From NCBI RefSeq assembly GCF_006345805.1, contig NC_042997.1, positions 67,084,001 to 67,148,000 of the forward strand: a stretch of 64,000 nucleotides of DNA, given 5' to 3'. Positions 53,313 through 64,000 of the stretch are shown here, one piece after another. How positions within the stretch are numbered: position 1 is the stretch's first letter; every line of letters begins with the position of its first letter. The stretch comes from Octopus sinensis. Taxonomy: Eukaryota. Both the position numbers and the translations under genes were made by a program. The notes below the pieces were generated by a model, which had not been told where the DNA came from, did no database searches, and saw nothing but the letters and a program-made list of their open reading frames with translations.

Positions 53313-53689
53313 TACATATAAGATCCAAGGATCAAGGTGTAGGAAGTTAGTAAGCTTCAAGCAATCCGCAGAAGGTACAAAAACAACTTTCGGGAATAAT
53401 AGTGTTTACTGACGTAGGTTATAAATTCTTCCTATATCGAAGTTCAATAAGCTGAAAAAAGTTATTTTATAGTTCACGCTTAGTAACTGGGGTTGCCTTG
53501 TGTATAGGAATAAAAATCCAAATTTAGGGAATGGAGTAGATAAAATCCAGGGTATATATGTTTCCTAGCTAACAAAACCTCGGAAACAGTATTTACCCAA
53601 ACGTGGCGTACTCCGCGAGCTACTCATCTGGCCAAAGATACCTTAGTCAAATGAAGGTTACTTTGTCGTCAAGGAATCCCGTGTTAATG

Positions 53690-53737
<48 letters not shown>

Positions 53738-54965
53738 GGTGGTTTTCTACTCCTTTTGCAGAGTTTGACCACCTCCTGTACCTACACCTTAGAACCATCA
53801 TGACATCTGAAAAGACACCCACACAGATTGCATATCCGATTTGGACCACGAAGAGCTGCAGAGAAGTTATGATCTTTGTGGATCTTAAAATGTCCTTCGA
53901 AGCCTCCGTTAGATTTGCAAACCTGGCATAAATTGCATTCAAATGTGTATGGGCAGACATATGGGCAGAATAGTTGCTGGAGATTCGTTTTCCATGGGCT
54001 CGCAAATGAGATTTGAGCCCGGCAAAAGAAAGGCATGGTCTGTCACAAACCGTGCACACAAGAAGGTCATTGTGGTTCACCTTCCCGATCGTAACATTAA
54101 AACTCTTTTGAGTGTTGCATGCGTTATCCTGACCTCTTCAAACGCTTTCACTCCACTCCAAACTTTTGTTTGCCATCCAGCTCGATCCAATGCAAGGGTT
54201 TCTATGTCCTCTGGATCCATTCCAAATGACTTTATAGTAGTCCTTATGTCGTCCTTTAACCTTTTTTTTAAAGTTTACGCCGATAGCGTTTCCCCTCTGC
54301 AAGCTCACCATAAAAGAGCTGTTTGGGTATGCATTCATCCGCCATTCGAACAATATGGCCACACCATCTCATTTGGTTTCTCAAAATCATAGCTTTAATT
54401 GAGGTAATGCCTGCAGATGCAAGAACAGCTGTGTTTAAAGTAAAAGAACCCCATTTAATGTTTAAAATGCGATGAATGCATTTTTGGTGGAATTGTTCAA
54501 ACAATTTAAAATGTCTTTCATAACATGTCCATGCTTCCCAAGAATACAACAGGGGCGGTAAGACAAATGATTTGTAAAGTGCCAACTTTGCATTGTTATT
54601 TATATGTCGCTGGCGCCAAACGCGTGACTCTAAGCGACCAAATGATTTTGCTGCCCTTTGAATTCGTAATTGTATTTTTGTATCAAGATTTCCATCATTT
54701 AGATGAACGAATTAACAACATCAAGTAACTTATCGTTAACAAAATTTTTAATGGGATTACAAACAGCACCACACGCAGGTTGATGCATTAAAACTGTTTT
54801 TTTCAAGTTGATGGTCAAGCCAAAATCATCACAAGCTGAGTCAAATGCAGATACAAGAGATTGAAAACCTGTTTCAGAGCAACTGACAAGATTGCAATCG
54901 TCAGCATATAAAAGTTCCCTAATGAGTGAAGTAAAAACATTCGTCTTCAAGTTCAGTCTGGTCAG
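53738..54965 (-). mobile_element. RTE/BovB-like LINE 3' half with C-terminal zinc fingers
   Basis: LLYADD, FGLTINLKKT, LLYSWEAW, MRWCGHIVRM..IPKQLFYGEL..GKR, CTVCDRPC..GLKSHLRAH. Confidence 0.9.
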
Positions 54966-54999
54966 ATTAAAAACATTCCCTGTTGTTCGATATTTTATG

Positions 55000-55205
55000 T
55001 AAATACCCTCCTAAGAGGGTCGCTATGAGTGTTACTGGTAACATATAATCCAGTACAACCTGTCGCATGGTCGGGTCGTCGGCGACTAAACTGACAACCC
55101 CATCAGGCTTGCTCGGTGAGGAGAGTGTTGTTGGACACCCTGCGGGATGAAAAATAAGACCCGTCAAAGGGCGGAGGAACTCATGAGCAGTCAACGGCCA
55201 TCCGA
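55000..55205 (+). mobile_element. probable RTE-type 5' UTR with HDV-like ribozyme remnant
   Basis: GC-rich structured block ccagt..tggtc-ggg-tcgtcggcga-C-taa-actg. Confidence 0.4.
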
Positions 55206-55258
55206 CAAAATATCTGTAAATATGTATATATTTTCTTTTTTATTATATGTATACATAT

Positions 55259-55322
<64 letters not shown>

Positions 55323-55619
55323 GCATATTTTTACTTATATATTATTTATATTTAGATCTTACTATATTTATATTTTAAAATTGCATATCTTTTACTTTTT
55401 TTATATTTATACATATTATTTATACTTCATTCTTATTTATATTTGCAAATTACACATCATACTTTACTTTTTTTTCCTTTTTTCATGTATGAATGAGCTA
55501 CTCCACGTCGGCCACTGGAGTGATATTTGATCACTTTACAGCGTTTTTGAGTGTCAGTTTTGTGTCTGGAATGGGATAGCTTACCTTATGGGCAGGTAGA
55601 AGTTCTCAACCTTGGTTGG

Positions 55620-55703
<84 letters not shown>

Positions 55704-55765
55704 GTATAAGAGAGTGGTCACTATGTGGCTCACTCTAGCACTAGTAATAGATCCAATCACCCTTA

Positions 55766-55844
<79 letters not shown>

Positions 55845-56091
55845 CATATATATATATACATATACATACACACATACACATGTACACACGCACACGTATA
55901 GTCAGCAATCAAATAATTTGAATTTGTAAAAAATATGATTATATATTTTACATGACTATATGAAATAACATTACATCATCATTGCATTGTAATCTTGTGT
56001 CAATTTTCATTGGATTCCCCCAATTACTTAATTAGGAATGCAACATGAGTTTTTTGGGGTTTTGATTACTCTTATAGTGGAATGTATTTTG

Positions 56092-56487
56092 TTCAAGGCC
56101 AGAAATTTTGTGCGTGGTGACAAGTCGATTACATCGACCCCAGTGCGTAACCTGTACTTAATTTATCGAATTACGAAAGGATGAAAGGTTAAGTCGACCT
56201 CGGCCGAATTTGAACTCAGAACGTAAAAACGCACGAAATACCTATTTCATTACTACCCACAAGGGGCTAAACACAGAGAGGACAAGCAAGGACAGACAAA
56301 CGGATTAAGTCGATTACATCGACCCCAGTGCGTAACTGGTACTTAATTTATCGACCCCGAAAGGATGAAAGGCAAAGTCGACCTGGGCGGAATTTGAACC
56401 CAGAACGTAACGGCAGACGAAATACGGTTACGCATTTCGCCCGGCGTGCTAACGATTCTGCCAGCTCGCCGCCTTAATAATAATAAC

Positions 56488-56532
<45 letters not shown>

Positions 56533-56747
56533 CCTTTTTACTGGAATCACAAGGCCTCAAACTTGGGGGAAGGGATTAAGTCGATTACATCGACCCCTGT
56601 TCGTAACTGGTATTTATTTTATCGATCCTGAAAGGATGAAAGGCAAAGTTGACCTCGGCGGAGTTTAAACTCAGAATGTAGCGACAGGCGAAATACTGTT
56701 AAGCATTTCGCCTGGCGTGCTAACGATTCTGCCAGCTCGCCGCCTTA
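56092..56747 (-). mobile_element. cluster of three SINE family A units
   Basis: Reverse-complement cores aaggatgaaagg at ~56177, ~56361 and ~56632; heads end gccagctcgccgcctt at ~56476 and ~56747. Confidence 0.9.
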
Positions 56748-56779
56748 ATAACAATAATTTCTGTTTCTATTCCCCAGCC

Positions 56780-57067
56780 TGTCTGTTGTTGTTGCCCTTG
56801 TTGTTTTTGTCGACTCATGGGTTGTGGTGCTTTCGTCTGGACATTTCATTTTGTCCTTCTCTTCTGGTTCTGTGGGCAGTGAAACCGTAAATGGTCCGTT
56901 GAACTACATTTGTGGCATCTCGGCCTTCTCCCTTCCCCGTTCACCCTTAGTTCTACTCCATTCGAGAGGGATATCAGATCTGGGGCTTTCTGTAACTGCT
57001 CTGGTTTCATGTGGAGAAGAATTTCCAAGAAATTTGAAAATAAAACAGAAGGGTAGCTGGCTTGCAA
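56780..57067 (-). pseudogene. retroelement ORF1/gag remnant with zinc knuckle
   Basis: EGRRPRCHKCSSTDHLRFHCP = CX2CX4HX4C. Confidence 0.65.
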
Positions 57068-57522
57068 AATGATTTAACTAACAAAATCCAGTATAGAATC
57101 TTTTAAAACAATTAAATTTAAAACAAGTAAATTACAGCGCTCCAAAAACACACCTCCAGCTAGGCGATAATAATAATAACTGTTTCAAATTTTGGAACAG
57201 GGCCATTTTCAGGGGAGGTATAAGTCGGTTACCTCGATCCCGAAAACGTGTCGATAAAATAAGTACTGCTAAGTATTTTGTACCACTGTAGGTACAAGAT
57301 CAATATTTTGAGGGGAGGGGAAAATGGGTATCATCAACTCTAGTCCTTGACTTGTAATAATAATTCCTTTTTACAAAGAAAGCAGATATTCTCAATTGCA
57401 AAACTAAGTTCAGCCTTCATTAATTTCTATGGTTTCCAGCTAAATTGGAAAATCAACTTAAAGTTATCCGCTTGAGAATAACAAGAAACTCAATAAATTC
57501 ATAATTATATTAAATTTTTTTT

Positions 57523-57640
57523 AAGGCAGATATTGAAGCGTCGGACCTAATATTTTGCGGTAATTGTTGCTCTAACGACTTACATTCAGAATTCAAACTA
57601 ATCGAGGCCAACTTTGCCTTTCATTCTTAAGGGGTAAGAT
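57523..57640 (+). mobile_element. SINE family A, diverged fragment
   Basis: gaattcaaac..gaggccaactttgcctttcattctt. Confidence 0.6.
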
Positions 57641-58730
57641 AAAAAAAGAAAGAAGGAAAGACGGACAAAAAAAAAGAAAGAAAGAAAGGAAGGAAAAAGG
57701 AAGAAGAGAAAGAAAAGAGAATTAAAGAGAAAATAAAGAAGGGAAGAAAGAAAAACGAAAGAAAGAAAGAGTTCAGGGAGGAGGGTTGATAGAATTCGAC
57801 TCCTTTCGTCCTGACATCAGTAGTGACAACACTGGTATTAAATTCTGTCGGCCCTAGAGTCTCTTTCGGAAAAACGTCGGTGTGTTGAGAGGGGAGAATT
57901 TGCTCATCTTCCATGAAAAAAAATCTTGTCCAGGACACTTCATAGACAACCTTGACCTTGCATTCATTATAAAACCATTTTTAACACGTAGTTAAATCTT
58001 CATTGAAGCAATCTTTTTTGGCCTGTTGTTGTTGCTTTTTGTTTATCCCCAGATTAGATTAGTCGATTTGATCCATTACAAAGCTATTCTAACGTTGATC
58101 ATTCCTTGCTTCTTTTGGATGCTCTGTATCTAGTACCATATTTATTGTGTACTTCTTCTTCAAGAGCATTACGCATAATTTGGGAGAGATTTGACTACTA
58201 ATTCAAGTAGATTGCATAAGGTGACCAGATAGATGCGATCTCTTTAACTTGAGTGATTACAAATTAACTTCCTCGATATTTTCTTCTCCTTCTTACCGTC
58301 TCTTCAACATTCATTCATTGATTTATTCTCCCATTAAATCTTTTATTATTCCATTCTGTCACTATTCTCTCCTTCAAATGAACTTCTACACTCTCAAAAT
58401 ATAAATCAGGCAACACGATCTTCGTATTCCGAAATGGTAAATCTTCCATTTTAAGAGGCAGCCTGCAGTGATGCTTTCTCCCGCGGCAATAAAGTGAAAT
58501 CAGTATCAGAACCAGGCTTCGTTGCCTGACAGACGGAAGATTGCAAAGGAGCGAAGTACCAGTCGCTCTTCAGTATGTTTCGTTTCCGAATCTATACTGA
58601 TGGAAACTTCAGAGCTCTCGCACACTTGAGTCGCTTCCCTATTCACTTTAATGGTAGAAATTGCAATGTGCAAGAATAAGCACCGCAGAGTGAAATAGTT
58701 CTTTCAGCACATCTCTCTCTCTCGCTCTCG

Positions 58731-58803
<73 letters not shown>

Positions 58804-61067
58804 CATTCTTCAAAATAAGGCATTCATCATTTTTCTGCCGAGACTATGGAATATTTACAGGATTCGCTGCACTTCAGCCATCCATCTCCGCTCGCTATTC
58901 CTGGGAGGCTCGAGGGAGTACCTCCTCCATAGTATCCTATGAGAAGCAACCGTCATTAGACTTTCCAGCTGGATTCCCAAGCGTGACCAACTGAGATTAT
59001 AGATATTATCTAACCGCCTCCTACTCCTAGGTGTTCTGCCGGTTGGCTCAGTTTAAAAACTCCGCCTTGCAGTTCTTATTTTTAATATATTTCTCAGGAA
59101 ACAATTTTTTATGTAACAATTTTTTCTATAATCCTTAATATACACCAGCAAAAGAACAACAACAACAAAACAAAAACAAAACTAGGTATACCTTTGATTG
59201 TATGTCTGTTTGATGAGAGCTGAGTTAAGGTAAAACATCAACAACAGCAGCAGCAAAAATAACAACAACAATAATGGGAACAACGAGCAAGCGAAGGACT
59301 TCTATGTAGTTGCTCGAGCTGGTAGAGATAGTAGCTAAATTCCGCTCGAATCACACTATAGCATTAGAAAAGGACACAGGAGATGATATAGTCCCAACAT
59401 GAAATATGACTTGCAAAATGATAGGACTGCCACGGTTTGAATACATCTGATCATACATTTACTTAATTAGGACTGACCTAAGGTTAAAACAACAATAACA
59501 GTAGCAACAAGCAGAATAACAACTCGTATTTTCTCACATCAATTGGTTAGTGAATGAGGGGTAAGTATTCATGATCATTAAGGCGATCGATGAGCAGAAT
59601 CGGTAGTATCGGACTAATGTCTTATTTCAAACGTTACTGTTCTCGGTGTAAATTTTGCTCAGATCAACCTTACATTTTATGCGTCTGCGGGTGATACCAA
59701 AGTATCAATACTGAGTTCGATACTCCTCTCTTTCTCTCTCCCTCTCTCTTTCTCTCTCTCCACCCCTCATATACACGCGCGTTCAGAGGTCTATTATAGT
59801 GTCCTCTCCTCTAAGAAATGGAGGCTGATTAAGTAAGGAGGAAGCAGCTCCTTTTCATCTAGCGTGCTGCAAAATCAGTCTCAAGAAACAAGAAATCAAG
59901 AAATATGATGGACGTGAACATACTGATGTGTTGTACGGTATGGAAGTATTTATTTTTTTTAAACCCTGATCCTCGCTTGTCTTCTCAAGACGGGTGAAAT
60001 CATTTCAGTTGTTCATTTGGCACATCTGTCGGTCAGCATCCGAGAGAATTCAAGAAGGAACGGAGGAGATGTTGAGTATGATATCTGAGAAGTGACGAGG
60101 GGAAGGGAGAGACATGTGTATCGTGTGGGTCAATTATACACATACATCTAAGGACAGTGATAAATTTCCAAACTTCTGCTATATCGCATTTAGTTTTGTC
60201 ATATGTACTTGTGTTTAATACAATCGCTTGTAGTTCTTGGTTTCATTTTCTCAAATCTATAACATAAGTATAAACTGCTTCTCTCAAAGTCTGCAATATA
60301 AGTACTGTTTGATTTTCCCATACGTTAGCATGGTACTTCTAATATGACAAATATGAATGGCATTCTATATATTTTTTTAAGTGAATATAAAAGTGCACGC
60401 ATTCATATACACAGACACACAAAGGCAAACATTGTATTTGTAGAAATAGGGAAGAGCTTTTCCTTCAAATATATATATCACAGACGCGATCATCTTCAAA
60501 TTTCTTTTTTAATTTCGGTCTCATTTCCAAGGCAAGTGATTTGATCTCGGACAGTCTGTTGAAGATAAAACGGCGTGGAAATCACATATTTACCATTCAA
60601 AAACACACACGCACAAAAAGACTGTTAACTTCACTTAAACATTTAATATTTGGGGTCAAAATTTTCGTCGCATTGACACGATTTAACTGCATCAGATAAA
60701 AAAGTTAAGTAAAATTAACAGTTTTTGTGAGTTTTTGAATGGTTGGTATGTGTAATTGTTTGTATTTCCCGTCTCTTAGTCTATCAGTCTATTAATGAAC
60801 GTTTTAAGACAAGCCTGCTGTCATTACCAGAGAAAATGTGACAATAATAATGGCATGATGTTCGCGCACTTTGGAATAGATCGGAAAAATATAGAAATAC
60901 TATTGCATCTGATGAAATCATCAATGCCAAACATAAAAATTATTATACAAAGGTTAAGTAAAGGAAATTATCAGGATTCATTTTATATGCGATGTATCTG
61001 CATGTTGAATTTTGGTTTATATTTTGGTATTAGTAAAGCTTCCATACCTATTTTTTCGTATACATAC

Positions 61068-61147
61068 ACATGGTTTCGAGTTCAGCCCCACTGCGTGGCA
61101 CCTTCGACTAGTGTCTTCTACTATAGCCTCGGGCCAACCAAAGCCTT
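61068..61147 (+). mobile_element. SINE family B fragment
   Basis: gttcagccccactgcgtggcaccttcg..ccaaagcctt. Confidence 0.7.
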
Positions 61148-61396
61148 AAATTCTTTAATAGGTTTGGCCTATCCATAATTATAAAAAACGAAAACTATTT
61201 AGATGCAAATTGTAACTTAAATACCGGACTCCATGTGCCTTATATAAAAGAAAACTCTACATTAAGATATCTAAATAAATCTAGTAACCATCCGTCGTGA
61301 ACAAAAAAAGCCCTACTACTAAATATAAGTAAAAGAATTTCAAACCTCTGCTCTAATGAAGAAATATTTAATAAACATTAAAAAAAATACAATATA

Positions 61397-61561
61397 GGCG
61401 CAGGAGTGGCTGTGTGGTAAGTAGCTTGCCAACCAACTACATGGTTCCGGGTTCAGTCCCACTGCGTGGCATCTTGGGCAAGTGTCTTCTGCCATAGCCC
61501 CAGGCCGACCAATACCTTGTGAGTGGATTTGGTAGACGGAAACTGAAAGAAGCCTGTCGTA

Positions 61562-61638
<77 letters not shown>

Positions 61639-61852
61639 TTGTGTGTCTGTGTTTGTCCCCCTAGCATTACTTGACAACCGATGCTGGTGCGTTTACGTCC
61701 CCGTCACTTAGCGGTTCGGCAAAAGAGACCGATAGAATAAGTACTGGGCTTACAAAGAATAAGTCCTAGGGTCGATTTGCTCGACTAAAGGCGGTGCTCC
61801 AGCATGGCCGCAAATGGCTGAAACAAGTAAAAGAGTAAAAGAGAGAGAGAGT
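61397..61852 (+). mobile_element. full-length tRNA/CORE SINE (family B) with internal (TA)n(TG)n
   Basis: A-box-like tggctgtgtggt, B-box ggttcagtccc, CORE-like cttgggcaagtgtctt, tail (taaaagag)n. Confidence 0.9.
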
Positions 61853-64000
61853 ATAACACTAAAATGCAGGATATAAAGGTAAAATTAAATATTTCCCAAT
61901 AATATTAACTATAATAGCCAGGATAGAGTAACTACCACTCTGTTGCGAGGATACGTATCAGATTTCCTGGTCCATGACCAACCACATTTATTTCTGCAGA
62001 TTTTGAATTTAAAAATGTTCAGATTGAACACGAGGTACCTCACTCTTATCAGTTTGGAAAATCCTGAAAACGACAAGAACATTGTCTCGTGAATAACGTA
62101 TTGTAAAAAAAAGAAAAAAAGAAATATTTATATATGAGAAACTATTTTCACTAGCCGTTCTTTAATTTGATTTCATTTGATAATATTCCACACGTCGTCA
62201 TTCCATCCCATAATATATTCGTTGTTTTGAAATCCTGTTATCAGCCAAACATCATCTGTCAGCTCTTATCAAGTTATATAATTAGTATTATTGATTCCTT
62301 TTGTTGGCAAAGTTATCGTGATTCCCCTCCCGCACTCCTTCTTTATTGCTTTTCTATTATTTCTTCGAGTCGATCTCAATGATACAGGTCACACTGAACT
62401 TGAGTGGATCTTCTGCAAATATAATTACCTCCTTCTAAGCTCCAAACTATTTTGTCATGATGATATGACAATCACTCGCCTTCCTCTCCGATCAACGATG
62501 AAAGACGACAATTTGTTTGAATCATTCAGCATTTCCTTAAGTTATTTTGGAAGATTGAAAAATGTATTGCCAGTGAGACGCTATTTATATTAAAACAGAA
62601 CCTGCTGGCGAATTATCCACTATTCATAAGACAAGGCAACTGTTTTATCAACAGTTCTTTTCTTTATCATCAATGTCAAATTTAACTAATATCTTGAAGC
62701 GGAGTATGCTTTTCTTACTTCTAGTTTTATTTATCTTGCTAACATCTACCAGGGCACAAGCTGAAATATTTCAGTGAGACGTGAAGTTACTGGAGATATG
62801 TACCTATTGTAATATAGAGGAAATACTATAGATTCTCCCGTTCATATCATGGTTATGTTCCAAATTTGAAATTAAAAAGTGTTACAACACCCATTAGTGT
62901 TGAACCAAAATTTGTTTCAATAATTTATAATTTCGTCTTTGAGAAGATAGCCTGAATGGTAAATATAATCAAATGCCTAAGAGAGTATAGCAGCAACATT
63001 TTAAGTTGAAAGTCTCTCTGATTCATTGTTACTTCGCTACAAGACACATCAGGAGCGAGCTTACAACATTGAAGCCCACACTTTTTTCTCACAGGGTTAA
63101 AGAGGGGAAAGCGAGATTTCGGTAATCAACTGTTTAGCTTTTTGTCTCTACCAATAAATTTGTTAATGTGACGACTGACATGAAGATAACCGGAGTATGT
63201 GATATCGTAATTTGATTGTTCCAACAACCCAAATTGAAGTCTGTTTTGGGGATTACTTTTTGTTACTGTGTTCTGTTAGTTTTATAGTAGTTGTACTTGC
63301 TGTTGTCACGAGGTTATGTTATTGTGGTTGAGGAGATAGATAGTTTGATATAGTCTGACTCAACAGAGAGCAAAGTAGTTAGATGAAGAATTTTAGAATT
63401 AACATTTGCTTATATTGTAGATGAATGTTAATTCTAAATGAGCACGTCTGAAAGTAGTGGATACTGAAGTCAGCTTAACCTTTGTAGGTCAACTAACTCC
63501 GGAGTTTCGTTCTTAATACTTGTTTGTACTTGCTTGTATGTTTTTAAATTCATGAGTACATCCATTATTTTTTTAAATATGCGTCTATGTTCTACAATCA
63601 AATTTAGGACATAAAATATGTCCTTGGCAACTTCCTTCTCAGAATATGTACAGTGTCTGTTGCTACAACATCCCGCTGTAAGTAGCACCAGCGAAGTATA
63701 AGCGCCAAGAGTTTCTCTAGACTGGTAAAGCCACTGATTATCTTCATGTTAAGGTGAAGATTTATCTCTCTTTCAATTAAATAGTATTGAAACTGAAGCT
63801 AATCACCAACTACGTAGATCACTGTCATGTTTTGCTCTGGTCTGATGAAGTTTAAACCTCAAATATGATCAAAATAATTTTATATGGCGAGTTTTGTTTT
63901 AAGCAGACATATTGAGTTTAGTTGGAAAGAAGTCATAATGAATTAAAATAGACACAGAATATTAATAGTTCATAATTTATATTATCTGCAATGGATATAA

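Noticed and set aside
58545-58605. Minus-strand GAAAC..CTGAAGA-gcga..tcgc
   Set aside because: Stem II is not followed by GAAA, and no stem I/III partner with a cleavage triplet was found.
63470-63688. 72-aa minus-strand ORF with normal composition
   Set aside because: No recognisable motif or clear splice signals; cannot assign it.

Overview
AT-rich eukaryotic non-coding DNA, very dense in microsatellites and transposable elements. The SINE families and the (TA)n/(CA)n/(TACA)n load suggest an octopus-like cephalopod genome (inference from sequence recognition, not a database search). I can support no host protein-coding exon, and most ORF-track entries are translated microsatellites. The centrepiece is a near-complete Penelope-like retroelement (RT + GIY-YIG, about 26983-31805) with 565-bp inverted pseudo-LTRs, each carrying a hammerhead ribozyme core. 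Several related (TA)n-targeted Penelope tails and fold-backs lie elsewhere in the window. Other content includes a full-length hAT and a full-length maT/Tc1-mariner element, mariner and Tc1 remnants, MITEs, non-autonomous Helitrons, a PIF1-helicase remnant, RTE, CRE and Jockey/CR1-like LINE fragments, and many tRNA-derived SINEs. The most unusual observation is at 404-485. All three strands of a hammerhead catalytic core are present in a non-canonical order (cleavage strand, GAAA strand, CUGAUGA strand), which implies a pseudoknotted or dimeric permuted hammerhead. A second copy at about 33170-33235 shows pairing-preserving variation.
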